Shown here: in pieces, positions 1 to 9,456 of the stretch | How positions within the stretch are numbered: position 1 is the stretch's first letter | Layout: every line of letters begins with the position of its first letter | Origin: a virus | Lineage: Duplodnaviria > Heunggongvirae > Uroviricota > Caudoviricetes | Length of the DNA stretch: 64,000 bases | Virus record (IMG/VR): IMGVR_UViG_2909739949_000002 | Span: 82,529 to 146,528 of that record | Strand: one strand, 5' to 3' | Notes under the pieces: model-generated | Told to the model about the DNA's origin: nothing | The model's input: the letters and a program-made list of their open reading frames with translations, nothing else | The model's database searches: none | Made by a program: the position numbers and the translations under genes

Positions 1-274
1 TAAGTCATTACATTCTGTAGAGGCCCCTTAAGAGTTCTTAGATATGTAAGAATTCCTAAGAAAGTATTAGCAAAGATAGTAATAACTATAAATATCTGAA
101 AGAGGTTAATTGAATGTAGTTGCTCATAATTAGTTTTTATTTCCCTTAGGACTTCATCATTATGTTGAAAGTCATTAACAGGAATCTGAATGAAATACTT
201 CATGTTGATATAGAAATGGATCACATTTTCTAATATCAGATAGATAGAAAGTACGTTAGTAGGACATAAAAGAA

Positions 275-397
275 ATGAAACCAAGTAAGAAAGCAGCAAG
301 AAGATTAGCAGCCCGCATCTCTGACTATGAACAGACTATTAATAAAGGTAAATATCCTCAAGGAGCTTTTACTAAACCAGGTTCTAATAAGAGATAA
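275..397 (+). CDS. small basic hypothetical protein (40 aa, MKPSKKAARRLAARISDYE...), not in ORF track
   Basis: ATG 275 to TAA 397 translated by hand; followed by hairpin 404-443. Confidence 0.6.
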   Translation: MKPSKKAARRLAARISDYEQTINKGKYPQGAFTKPGSNKR

Positions 398-403
398 CTA
401 ATA

Positions 404-443
404 ATTTATTCCTTAGGTAATAGATTTTATCTAAGGAATAAAT
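404..443 (+). terminator. inverted repeat, probable terminator
   Basis: ATTTATTCCTTAG (404-416) / CTAAGGAATAAAT (431-443), intergenic. Confidence 0.5.
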
Positions 444-462
444 ATTTCTATAGGAATATATT

Positions 463-846
463 ATGGATAGCATTGAAGAATATTATAGTTTGTCTTTAGA
501 AGAACAATCTAAGTATGTAGGACTACTACAAGGAGAAAACTTTAGTTTTGTATGTATTCATTTAGATGAAGCTTCCCAAAAGATACTGGATTTATATTAT
601 GGTGCCCTGACAGTTAGACAGACTAGATTCTCTAGATTTAATAGAAATAGGGTATATGTATATATTCCAGGAGGGTTAGATAGATGTTCTTTCAGAGCTA
701 TATTACCTATCGAAGCTGATTTAATAGAGACTATGGATAAGATCTATTACTGGGCAGATAGGTATGGATTTAGATGGATTAATGTCCATGCTCTAGAAGA
801 TTATTGTAAATATGAATTGGATGCCGTTGCTATAGAGTGGAGTTAA
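463..846 (+). CDS. hypothetical protein
   Basis: ORF track; overlaps next co-directional gene. Confidence 0.6.
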   Translation: MDSIEEYYSLSLEEQSKYVGLLQGENFSFVCIHLDEASQKILDLYYGALTVRQTRFSRFNRNRVYVYIPGGLDRCSFRAILPIEADLIETMDKIYYWADRYGFRWINVHALEDYCKYELDAVAIEWS

Positions 847-1175
847 ATATGTACTATAGAAATATGGACAAGTCTAAACATAGACATGAAACCATAATTA
901 AGATGGCGGATATGTTTCTAAACAAATACTATCTAGATAAGGTAGGGATATATAGTAGTATCTGGTATCTATATGAGAACTTTGTATTTCCCTTAGAAGA
1001 GACTTTAGAGAATAGTGATGATTGGGAAAATCTAGAAGGTAGTTATTATCCTTTCTCTATTGAAGATAAGAAGAAAAGGATAATAAATATGGCTAACAAT
1101 CCCGCATATAATAATTTAACTAAACAGCGTCTTGCAGAGTTAATCAGGGAAGAATATGAGTACGTTAATAGTTAG
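837..1175 (+). CDS. hypothetical protein
   Basis: ORF track; packed operon. Confidence 0.6.
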   Translation: MELNMYYRNMDKSKHRHETIIKMADMFLNKYYLDKVGIYSSIWYLYENFVFPLEETLENSDDWENLEGSYYPFSIEDKKKRIINMANNPAYNNLTKQRLAELIREEYEYVNS

Positions 1176-2133
1176 TAAGTTTAAAGACTATTATGATGAG
1201 TGCCTTATAAATAAAGGGACTTATCCTATATGGAACAGAAAGACTATTTATCTAGAAAGCAGTTGGATAAATAACTTCTCAGAAATATATAAGTATTATA
1301 GAACTATTCCGCAAGGAGTTGTTCTTAGTAGAATAATAGAAGATAATCCATACCCTTTATGGATTACAGCAGGAGTAGTAGGAATATGCGGTTGGTTATA
1401 TCCTGTATGGGCAGTGAGAGGAAAGGGAGTTAAGCTACATGCTTGTAGTTTTGATTATCTAATAAGAAAGATTAAAGATAGTGATTTTAATGCAATAGAT
1501 AGCTATTGGAAATGTAAAGGGTTAAAAGATGAGCTAATAGAGAATCTATTGATAGGTAATAGAACAATCAATAAAAAGGAATTAGATAATATTAATCCCC
1601 TTCATGTTGGGGAGGGTGTCTTTGGAGAAATAAATAGTCCTATCTTTAGCTATAAAGTAGATAGGATAAATTCACAAGTAAAAGTTAATCCAAGACTAGA
1701 TGTTATAGGAGTAGATAAGATAATAGATGGTAAAAGAATGGCTTCTCTTATAGATAACTTTCTTAGTAGAGTATTAAGTGTTAGAAGAGAAACAAGAGAG
1801 GTATATATTACTAATGATAATACTCCTTTCTTAAGTAGAGAAGAAGCTAAGAAGTATGCAGAACATATTAAACCTCAAGTAATAGATCTTACTATAGGCC
1901 ATGACTGGAAGAAGGGAGATGTAGCTTATCTAAAAGGATATCTTCCTATTCAAATAGTGAAGGTAGATAAGAGACATACTTTAGTGGAAACATTATCAAG
2001 GGCACAAGGTAGAGATATCTATCAATTAGAAGATGTTATTTATTACTATGCTGTTGAGTCTACTAGTAGAATAATTCATCAACTAATAGGTAGGGGAGAT
2101 ATTAGTTTACTTATGAGGGAAGTACATGCCTAG
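1156..2133 (+). CDS. phage hypothetical protein, SKFKDYYD family (paralog of 7373-8116)
   Basis: IVSKFKDYYD and GVVGICGWLYP match IISKYSDYYD and GVIGFCGRLYP of the paralog. Confidence 0.7.
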   Translation: MSTLIVSKFKDYYDECLINKGTYPIWNRKTIYLESSWINNFSEIYKYYRTIPQGVVLSRIIEDNPYPLWITAGVVGICGWLYPVWAVRGKGVKLHACSFDYLIRKIKDSDFNAIDSYWKCKGLKDELIENLLIGNRTINKKELDNINPLHVGEGVFGEINSPIFSYKVDRINSQVKVNPRLDVIGVDKIIDGKRMASLIDNFLSRVLSVRRETREVYITNDNTPFLSREEAKKYAEHIKPQVIDLTIGHDWKKGDVAYLKGYLPIQIVKVDKRHTLVETLSRAQGRDIYQLEDVIYYYAVESTSRIIHQLIGRGDISLLMREVHA

Positions 2134-2527
2134 ACAAATTAAAAGAGAAATTACTTTCTATGTGACTACTGATGGTGAAGAGTGGCATGATGAAATTGAT
2201 GCCCTAGATCATCAAAAGAAAATAGATGGAGCTATAGATGAAACCTTTGATCATGGAATAAGTAAAGGAGATAGATTTTATCTAGCTACTAATGGATACG
2301 TAACTATTATAGAAGTTACAGAAGTATATGTAAGTCCAATAGAAGAGTATAGATTATGTAGGGAAGATGGAAAGTGGATAAAAGAAGATTGTATAGAATT
2401 TATAGACTTATCAAAACCTAATGATAAGTTTAATTGGAATTGTATTAGAGGAAAAGAGCGCATCAGTTGTTTAAAGAAGACGCTTGAACAGTTAGTTAAA
2501 CCAATCTTAGAAGAGTATGATAATTGA
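2126..2527 (+). CDS. hypothetical protein
   Basis: ORF track; overlaps neighbours. Confidence 0.6.
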   Translation: MPRQIKREITFYVTTDGEEWHDEIDALDHQKKIDGAIDETFDHGISKGDRFYLATNGYVTIIEVTEVYVSPIEEYRLCREDGKWIKEDCIEFIDLSKPNDKFNWNCIRGKERISCLKKTLEQLVKPILEEYDN

Positions 2528-2876
2528 TGTAGAGCATTTGTTTCATCATAGATGTGACCACTGTAATTACTGGTGGACTAATGCAGATAAGAAACCAGTA
2601 ACTAGTAAAGTAGTTTATTGTCCTTCTTGTGGTAAAGAGAATCAAGTAGAAGGAATAAAAGGACATCTAATAGAAGAGGAAGAAGATAATCTAACTTATC
2701 CTTTTGAGATATATGTAGTAGCTAGCCATCCATCAGTAGAGAAGATAGCTTATGGTGCTTGGTACTTAGATAAAGAAGGAGCAGACATAAGGAAGACTCA
2801 ATTAGATAAGGTAATAAAAGGTAGTTACTTTGTATATAGAGCCTTAATTCAGATAGATAAAAATAGTAGAAAGTAA
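2517..2876 (+). CDS. zinc-ribbon hypothetical protein
   Basis: CDHC...CPSC pairs. Confidence 0.6.
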   Translation: MIIDVEHLFHHRCDHCNYWWTNADKKPVTSKVVYCPSCGKENQVEGIKGHLIEEEEDNLTYPFEIYVVASHPSVEKIAYGAWYLDKEGADIRKTQLDKVIKGSYFVYRALIQIDKNSRK

Positions 2877-2886
2877 TAGAGACACG

Positions 2887-2958
2887 CCCCGTATAACTTC
2901 ATGGAGAAGTACTTCGATAGAAAGGAGATGAGTATAGGTTTGATTCCTATTACGGGGC
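2887..2958 (+). pseudogene. degenerate tRNA / tRNA-like element
   Basis: Acceptor CCCCGTA/TACGGGG, D stem ACTT/AAGT with GG in loop, T arm ATAGG-TTTGATT-CCTAT; anticodon stem poorly paired, identity unassignable. Confidence 0.6.
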
Positions 2959-2982
2959 AGCATCAATAATTAAGGAGTAGAC

Positions 2983-3267
2983 ATGGAAATATATACTACT
3001 GAAGGATTAGATGAAGAGAGAGGGGGCTGCCCATTTAAGCAGCTAGTATATAAGACTTGGGATTCTACCATCTCTATTAGGATGTATCCAAGTAATACCT
3101 ATATTAGGAAGAAAAGAGAACTACCTTTAGAAGATAAAAGTGAGATGGTAGCTACTGTAAATAATAAATACTTTCTAGCTAGTCCACTTAAATGGTTACT
3201 TCCTACTGGACATATAGAGAATTTAAAAGAGTTAGAAGAGGCATTAGAGTTCTTTAAACATGAGTAA
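2983..3267 (+). CDS. hypothetical protein
   Basis: ORF track; AAGGAG upstream. Confidence 0.65.
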   Translation: MEIYTTEGLDEERGGCPFKQLVYKTWDSTISIRMYPSNTYIRKKRELPLEDKSEMVATVNNKYFLASPLKWLLPTGHIENLKELEEALEFFKHE

Positions 3268-4024
3268 TAAAGGCATTCATCCTAGATTGCTAACAGAAAG
3301 AGGTAGAGGTAGGAATAGGTACGGTGACAAATATACCCATAGTAAAGTAGAGAAATGGGAAGGTACATTTATTCCTAATAGAATCTATAGATATATCTTC
3401 AATGATATGGACGGTGACCGCCATACTTGGAGTGCTTTATATAGATTAGTTGAATCTAAGTTAGGACATAGATGGAATGATGTACATTCTATGGTCTGCT
3501 CTAAAGCAACTGGGGGAGATTATAAGTCTTACTATCTAAGATACGCATTAGATAGATTAGTAGAAACAGACTGTGTCTTCTATGAGGGAGATGATACTCC
3601 CTATGATCCTACAATTAATAAACCATTAGCTTCAGGATATATCTATGTAGATCTAGAAGGTGTCTTAAGACAGGTGCCTTCTAGAAAATATAACTATAGA
3701 AAGAAGATAGCCAAGATAGTAACCATAGGAGAGAACAACTTTGTTTATATTCCTAAAGGAGGTATATGGATTAGGGATAGCTATGAAAGAAAGCCTCCTG
3801 GTTGGTACTTTGAAGGTAGGTATAAAAATAAAATATTAGTTAGGCGGCTTGTATTAGACAAAGAAGGTAGACCTATTTGGAATAATAGTAGTAATTGTGA
3901 CGACCCTAAAGAAATAGGAAAACCCAAGATAGATATATCTATCAAACAGGTAATTAAATACGAGTACTATATGTGTCATCAAACAGATCTTATTAAACTA
4001 AGAAAGGGAGGTTATATAAAATGA
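3260..4024 (+). CDS. hypothetical protein
   Basis: ORF track, 254 aa, overlaps neighbours. Confidence 0.65.
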   Translation: MSNKGIHPRLLTERGRGRNRYGDKYTHSKVEKWEGTFIPNRIYRYIFNDMDGDRHTWSALYRLVESKLGHRWNDVHSMVCSKATGGDYKSYYLRYALDRLVETDCVFYEGDDTPYDPTINKPLASGYIYVDLEGVLRQVPSRKYNYRKKIAKIVTIGENNFVYIPKGGIWIRDSYERKPPGWYFEGRYKNKILVRRLVLDKEGRPIWNNSSNCDDPKEIGKPKIDISIKQVIKYEYYMCHQTDLIKLRKGGYIK

Positions 4025-4248
4025 CAGTAGAAGCTAGACCCTATAAAGTAATACACTCTAGGGTTATATTAGAAGAATGTGATGAATTCTGGCAGGTTGA
4101 GAAACACTATACATTAGATGGAAGGGTACTTAAAGTTAAGTACCCTTTTGAATTAATAACTCAGAAAGGTATTGAAGTAGATATTATTAGCTCTAGAAAA
4201 ATGACAGAGAATGAAAAGGACACCTTCATAAGAAATAGAATATTATGA
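4021..4248 (+). CDS. hypothetical protein
   Basis: ATGA overlaps with both neighbours. Confidence 0.6.
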   Translation: MTVEARPYKVIHSRVILEECDEFWQVEKHYTLDGRVLKVKYPFELITQKGIEVDIISSRKMTENEKDTFIRNRIL

Positions 4249-4616
4249 GTGATATAGATTTTATTAAGAATAGTTTTAGTGACACCAAACTATTTACTAT
4301 TGAGTGGAATGAAGAAGTTAGGAATGGTACTAGTATTCCTTTATATATAGGAAGAATTAAACCTAAGAAAGATATGATATGTTTTGTATCTACTCTTCTT
4401 ATCTATAAAAATATTGTATTTGATAGGTGGCATATTGAATTAAAAGGGGGCTCCTATCCTAACTCTCATTGTACTTTAATGACAATAGAAGCTAAATGTA
4501 TTACTGCAACTGGTAAATATGATTCTCTTGAAGGACTTATTTATCAGTTTAAGAATGAGATTGTAAAGAATATGTCCATATTAATGGGTATAGCTAGGAA
4601 AACTAAAGGATTATAG
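4245..4616 (+). CDS. hypothetical protein
   Basis: ORF track; coupled. Confidence 0.6.
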   Translation: MSDIDFIKNSFSDTKLFTIEWNEEVRNGTSIPLYIGRIKPKKDMICFVSTLLIYKNIVFDRWHIELKGGSYPNSHCTLMTIEAKCITATGKYDSLEGLIYQFKNEIVKNMSILMGIARKTKGL

Positions 4617-4619
4617 ACT

Positions 4620-5477
4620 ATGTTATGGGTAGTGGAGAGAGGAATATTCCAAGGTAAGGAAGAAGAGAAACTAATTGCAGAGATAAAGAATCAGGGGCAC
4701 AAGGTAATAGAAGTACTTGATATAGGACAGGTTTATTCTCAGATAGAATCTGTAGATGAATATGAGCTAGCTAATAGAGAACCAGAACCTATTATATTTA
4801 GAGGCTCTTTAAAAGTTGCTAAGTATATAAATAGATATCTAAGTTGGTGGCCTGGAGCTATATTTAACCATAATAATTTTAAGTGTAGTACTTACTATAC
4901 TTACCTAGGCCCCTACTTACTTAATGATAGCTATCATCTTTTACCTTTTAGGGAATTACAAAGGAAAAGATGGGAATTAATGGCTAGTTTCTATAGAGAT
5001 GGAGGCACTACTAATCCCTTTATTAGACCAGACTCTCCTATGAAAATATTTCATGGAGATGTGTATTCATTAAAGGAATTAAATATATCTCCTATACCTG
5101 ATCCTAGTGAGTTAGTATTAATAGCGCCCTATAAAGAGATAAAGAAAGAATATAGATTTGTAGTAACTACAGATAGAGTTATTAGTGGAGCTAGTTATAG
5201 CAGAGATAACACTAATTCAGAGAGAGTGAAGGATAGTAGTAAAGCATGGAACTTTGTAGAAGAGATATTAGATTATCTTAAGAAACAAGAGTGGAGTCCA
5301 GATGAACTATTTGTTGTAGATATAGCCAGCTCTATTGAACATACAAGTTATAGAGTAGTAGAGATAAATTCATTCTCTTGTAGTGCTTTATATAGTAATG
5401 ATTTAGAAGCTGTAGTAAAGGTAGCCAGTCAAGTAGCAGAACATAAATTTAAGGAGATAGAAAATGAATGTCGCTAA
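4620..5477 (+). CDS. ATP-grasp domain protein, R2K-like (DUF4343-type)
   Basis: FIRPDSPMKIFHG, EYRFVV, FVVDIA, VVEINSFSCSALY (ExN) motifs. Confidence 0.75.
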   Translation: MLWVVERGIFQGKEEEKLIAEIKNQGHKVIEVLDIGQVYSQIESVDEYELANREPEPIIFRGSLKVAKYINRYLSWWPGAIFNHNNFKCSTYYTYLGPYLLNDSYHLLPFRELQRKRWELMASFYRDGGTTNPFIRPDSPMKIFHGDVYSLKELNISPIPDPSELVLIAPYKEIKKEYRFVVTTDRVISGASYSRDNTNSERVKDSSKAWNFVEEILDYLKKQEWSPDELFVVDIASSIEHTSYRVVEINSFSCSALYSNDLEAVVKVASQVAEHKFKEIENECR

Positions 5478-5757
5478 TGGGCTTTTAGTTTTAACTAGTG
5501 TGCTTGTTATAGGAGTTGTTCTTAAGAAGCCTTTAATTAAGGAGATAACTCTATGGAGAAATGAATATATAGAAAGTGTAGAAGCTAAAGAAGATAGAAA
5601 GAAGATATATAAAGGGAAAGAGACCGCCCTTCTTTCTGGTAATACTCCTATTAAGATATTAGGTGAATATGATGGCAGAATTAAGCACAGTATTAAAGTT
5701 CTTAACCAAGAGACAGGTGAAGAAATGTATGTGAGAAGAGAGGATATAGCTGAATGA
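5464..5757 (+). CDS. membrane-anchored hypothetical protein
   Basis: N-terminal hydrophobic helix GLLVLTSVLVIGVVL. Confidence 0.6.
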   Translation: MNVANGLLVLTSVLVIGVVLKKPLIKEITLWRNEYIESVEAKEDRKKIYKGKETALLSGNTPIKILGEYDGRIKHSIKVLNQETGEEMYVRREDIAE

Positions 5758-5873
5758 TTAAACTTGCTTGGCAAATAGCTATAACAACTGCTGTAAATGC
5801 CTTGAGCTTGAAGGATAGAACTGATAATTTACAGAGGCAGATTAATGAAATCAGATTGGAGAGAACTAAATGA
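5754..5873 (+). CDS. small hypothetical protein (39 aa, MIKLAWQIAITTAVNALS...), not in track
   Basis: ATGA overlaps with both flanking genes. Confidence 0.55.
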   Translation: MIKLAWQIAITTAVNALSLKDRTDNLQRQINEIRLERTK

Positions 5874-6334
5874 GTTTTACAAAATTAGCTACTTATCTAA
5901 AAGAGTTTCTAGAATCTAATGCGTTAGAGTTTCTAGAATCAATGATAGAAGTTCTAGAAGCAATGGGATATGTAGATGATGAGGAACCTGAAGAAGAAGA
6001 AGAAGATAATCGTATCCATTTCTATCTAACAGAAATAGAATCACAGAGAGCTAGAGAATGGATAGCTCAGAAAGAGAAAGAGAAGGCTGCACAACAGTTA
6101 ACAAAACTAAAAGAGTTAGAAGAAAAGAAAGATAAGGGTGAGATAACTGAACAAGAGCAATGGATTCTTAACAGTTGGAGTTCACATAGATGGCAGTTTG
6201 AGAAAGGGATGCCATATAACGGGGCTATTGGAGAAGCAGTTACTTATAAGATTAGCCCGACCTCATTAGGAGAGATAGTAGTACTTGAATATGGAGATGA
6301 GAGAATAGATGTCACAGACTACGACTGCTGGTAG
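5870..6334 (+). CDS. acidic hypothetical protein
   Basis: ORF track. Confidence 0.6.
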   Translation: MSFTKLATYLKEFLESNALEFLESMIEVLEAMGYVDDEEPEEEEEDNRIHFYLTEIESQRAREWIAQKEKEKAAQQLTKLKELEEKKDKGEITEQEQWILNSWSSHRWQFEKGMPYNGAIGEAVTYKISPTSLGEIVVLEYGDERIDVTDYDCW

Positions 6335-6770
6335 TGGTAATAGATTATTTAAACTTGCGATCGCAATTGGAGTATCAGTAGGAGCTGGTTATCTATTGAT
6401 GAGTAGCTTCAATCCTGAATTTGTTAAAAGAATGGAGAATTTATATGCTGGTACTCAAGAAGAAGAAAAGAATACCTGGATAGTATGTCTATATAACGGA
6501 GAAGGATACTTGAATACAGGTAGTTATATAGGACAGAAGTTTGCTGGTAGTAAAGGCGCAGGTAATTATTGGACGGCTAGAAAAGAAGCTACTAACTATG
6601 TAGAGTTCTTTCTTATAGGTAGAGACTTAAGATATATAGCAGTCTATAAGAAAGTAGCTCATCCTAATGACACAATCTGCACTGACTACTATGCACATAA
6701 TACTGGATTATTAGCTAGGGTAGTGTTGGTTAATGGAGAAGGGAATATAGTAGATATGCCCCTTGATTAA
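6309..6770 (+). CDS. membrane-anchored protein, family C paralog 1
   Basis: N-terminal TM; WIVCLY...AVYKK...C...NTG motifs shared with 31011 and 31900. Confidence 0.7.
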   Translation: MSQTTTAGSGNRLFKLAIAIGVSVGAGYLLMSSFNPEFVKRMENLYAGTQEEEKNTWIVCLYNGEGYLNTGSYIGQKFAGSKGAGNYWTARKEATNYVEFFLIGRDLRYIAVYKKVAHPNDTICTDYYAHNTGLLARVVLVNGEGNIVDMPLD

Positions 6771-6781
6771 GAGAATGTTTT

Positions 6782-7186
6782 ATGCATCTACCAGATTACT
6801 TAGATGAACTATGGTTTAGTAGTTCTAACTGGAGAGAAGAGATGAATAGACTCAATCAGGAAAGCTTATGGATAGGTATTAATGATTGGGTCTCTATAGC
6901 TAATAGAGAAGATTGGGAATGTATGTTATATGATTACTTATTCTCTATTAGAGTTCCTATAGATAGATATAGTCTTCTTCCTAATGGAGAAGTTAATTAT
7001 GGATATGTTAGAAGTGTTATTCTATTTTCATTAATGGTTACCTCCTTTCTAAAGGAAATAGATATTAGAATTACTAAGCCGCCTTCTATATATATAGAAG
7101 CTAGATTTATTAATGATTACATATTTAAAGAAGAACTATTAAGTATAGAAATATTTAAAGATGGTATTGGAATAAAGGAGCCTTAA
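6782..7186 (+). CDS. hypothetical protein
   Basis: ORF track. Confidence 0.6.
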   Translation: MHLPDYLDELWFSSSNWREEMNRLNQESLWIGINDWVSIANREDWECMLYDYLFSIRVPIDRYSLLPNGEVNYGYVRSVILFSLMVTSFLKEIDIRITKPPSIYIEARFINDYIFKEELLSIEIFKDGIGIKEP

Positions 7187-7377
7187 TGGGAGAGTGTTTG
7201 ATATATGAACTAGAAGTAGAGGAGGCTATTAAATTATCTCTACAAGCTTTAGAAAAGATAGACTACAAGCTAAGAGAAGATATTCCTAGAGAGTTTATAG
7301 TATCTAAGATAGCTGTCTTTCTAGATATATGGGATGTGAAATATGTAGATAAGGTATTAAAGGAGGCGGGCTATTAG
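7186..7377 (+). CDS. hypothetical protein
   Basis: TAATG coupling; AAGGAG upstream. Confidence 0.6.
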   Translation: MGECLIYELEVEEAIKLSLQALEKIDYKLREDIPREFIVSKIAVFLDIWDVKYVDKVLKEAGY

Positions 7378-8116
7378 GATTATTAGTAAGTACTCCGATT
7401 ATTATGATGGAGTAGTAAAAGAAGTAGGTATTGATAGTGAAATAGTTTATGAAAGAAAAGAACGCTATGTATCTACAACTCTGACCAATCCTATATACCT
7501 AGAAGAGATAAATAGGTATATAAAGAATATGCCTAAAGGAAGAATAGGTAAATCTGATTTTATTGTATCTCCTGGAGTAATAGGATTCTGTGGTCGGTTA
7601 TATCCCTGTTACAAAATAGCTGAAGAATATAGATGCACTGGCGATCAGATATCTAGATTACTAAATAGATATAGGGAGATTATATCTGATGAAGATTTAG
7701 ATAGTTTTCTAGATGATAAAGAGAACTATATTTCTAGATTAAATATTTCTGTGAAAAAGATAGATAACTTTCAAGAAAATAATCTAGGAATAAAGATAAG
7801 TAATCAAATCTTTGCAGACATAGAAGCCCCAATATTTGTTTATATATCTGGACATTCTATGATAGCTAATCCTGAATCCTTAAAGGAGATAGGATTTCCA
7901 AATTATATGAATGGTAGACAGGCCTATCAAGAACTTTCTATGTTTATAGGAGGAGTTCTTAATACAAAAGAGTGGGCATGTCCTACGACTGGTGATGATC
8001 AGGTGATATTACTATCTAAAGGATTTGATAAGAATTCTTTTAAACAAGTAGCTCCTGGTGAAAAGAAAATGAAACGTAAATTAAACAAGGAAAGAAAAAG
8101 AAATGGGACAGACTAA
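7373..8116 (+). CDS. SKFKDYYD-family protein with probable ATT start (track start 7529 truncates it)
   Basis: Frame open from stop at 7358-7360; AGGAGG 7361-7366; ATT 7373 gives (M)RIISKYSDYYD, homologous to the N-terminus of 1156-2133. Confidence 0.7.
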   Translation: MRIISKYSDYYDGVVKEVGIDSEIVYERKERYVSTTLTNPIYLEEINRYIKNMPKGRIGKSDFIVSPGVIGFCGRLYPCYKIAEEYRCTGDQISRLLNRYREIISDEDLDSFLDDKENYISRLNISVKKIDNFQENNLGIKISNQIFADIEAPIFVYISGHSMIANPESLKEIGFPNYMNGRQAYQELSMFIGGVLNTKEWACPTTGDDQVILLSKGFDKNSFKQVAPGEKKMKRKLNKERKRNGTD

Positions 8117-8246
8117 ATGGGGAGTTGTTCTGACCGCCGTAATACTAATTTATGTATTAGCTAATAGAGGATTAACTATTTGGGAGAATAGTTTAAAGTG
8201 TCCCCTATCAAACCAACCAGCAGCTATAGAACAAGTAATTAAATAA
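8103..8246 (+). CDS. small membrane protein (47 aa, MGQTKWGVVLTAVILIYVLAN...), not in track
   Basis: Manual translation; fills gap; TM segment. Confidence 0.6.
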   Translation: MGQTKWGVVLTAVILIYVLANRGLTIWENSLKCPLSNQPAAIEQVIK

Positions 8247-8247
8247 T

Positions 8248-8481
8248 ATGCAAGTAGTAAAAGCAAAAGAGACAGACGAGTTGAAGTTAGAAATTGAAAA
8301 GTTGAAGAGAGAGTTAGAGATGTTGAAGAGTACTAGTTCTGTTCTAGAAGGAAATGATTGGATGAATATAGGTGCGGGAATAGAAGAATGTGATCTTTGG
8401 ATATTTGTTAACAATCAACCTAGAAAGATAGCTTCCTTAACTAGAGGAAAGATGTTAATTCTAGGAACACCTAAAATCTAA
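8248..8481 (+). CDS. hypothetical protein
   Basis: ORF track. Confidence 0.6.
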   Translation: MQVVKAKETDELKLEIEKLKRELEMLKSTSSVLEGNDWMNIGAGIEECDLWIFVNNQPRKIASLTRGKMLILGTPKI

Positions 8482-8491
8482 CATAAAAATT

Positions 8492-8926
8492 ATGTTCAAT
8501 GTATTGCGAGCAATTGGTAGTTTCATAATTCAGTCTAAGCGTCCTAAAGATAATACTTATACTGATATAACAGAGAGTCAGAATCTAGATAATATATTAG
8601 ATTCACTAGGTAAGATGAATGAGAACACTCGACTAGTTAGTAAGACTACTTATTTAAATAGGGGAGAAGTTCTATCAGAGGAACTTATTGAAGTTCCAGA
8701 AGAAGTCATATCAATGTGGTATGAAGAGAGAAAGACCAATAGAATGCCTGAGATAGTTGAAGAGGCAGAAGAAATAGGATGGGCTGATGATTTAAAGAAA
8801 TATAAATATGGGGAAGATCTATCTACTGATATAGAGATAGGTTATGGAGATTGGTTTAATGCTGAAGGTGAAGAGATAAGTGAAGAGGTATTAAGAGAGT
8901 TAGGATATGGAGACGACGATTACTAG
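8492..8926 (+). CDS. acidic hypothetical protein
   Basis: ORF track. Confidence 0.6.
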   Translation: MFNVLRAIGSFIIQSKRPKDNTYTDITESQNLDNILDSLGKMNENTRLVSKTTYLNRGEVLSEELIEVPEEVISMWYEERKTNRMPEIVEEAEEIGWADDLKKYKYGEDLSTDIEIGYGDWFNAEGEEISEEVLRELGYGDDDY

Positions 8927-9272
8927 TACTATCATATTGTGTCATCCAGAAGAACAGGAATTACTTTCTTCTAAAGAGAGGACAACCTTTTATGCTTGTC
9001 CTCATATATATTTATATGGATCTTTAGAGACTCAAATAGATAATCTATTAGATCCATTAGGAGAAAGAGATATAGATTCTAGAATTATTTCTAGTAATGT
9101 TATTTTAAATAGATTACCTAGCGGGGTCTATTTAGCTAGCTACAAAGGCATTAACTGTAATATATATCTATGGAACATAGTTCTAGATATTACAGGGGGC
9201 TATGTAGTAGAAGAAGATTCTCTAAAAGATAACTTAGATATTAGAGATAAATATGGTAGAAGAGTGTACTAG
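8907..9272 (+). CDS. hypothetical protein
   Basis: ORF track. Confidence 0.6.
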   Translation: METTITSTIILCHPEEQELLSSKERTTFYACPHIYLYGSLETQIDNLLDPLGERDIDSRIISSNVILNRLPSGVYLASYKGINCNIYLWNIVLDITGGYVVEEDSLKDNLDIRDKYGRRVY

Positions 9273-9456
9273 ATATTATTTTTCTAGTACATGTGAGATT
9301 AATAAAGAAATGTACTGGGACGTAGAGATGGGTAGATATTGGATAAATATTGACTGGTATAGAAGGGTTAGAGACCCTACTTGTGGATATCATGTTGTAA
9401 AAGATATCTTTAGTTTGTTCATCAGAGTTCCATTTCTTAAAGAGAAAAAAAGATGA
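9253..9456 (+). CDS. hypothetical protein
   Basis: ORF track; coupled to vWA gene. Confidence 0.5.
   Translation: MVEECTRYYFSSTCEINKEMYWDVEMGRYWINIDWYRRVRDPTCGYHVVKDIFSLFIRVPFLKEKKR

Noticed and set aside
6357-6364. HIP1 site GCGATCGC as a cyanobacterial host marker
   Set aside because: Only one copy noticed; no enrichment
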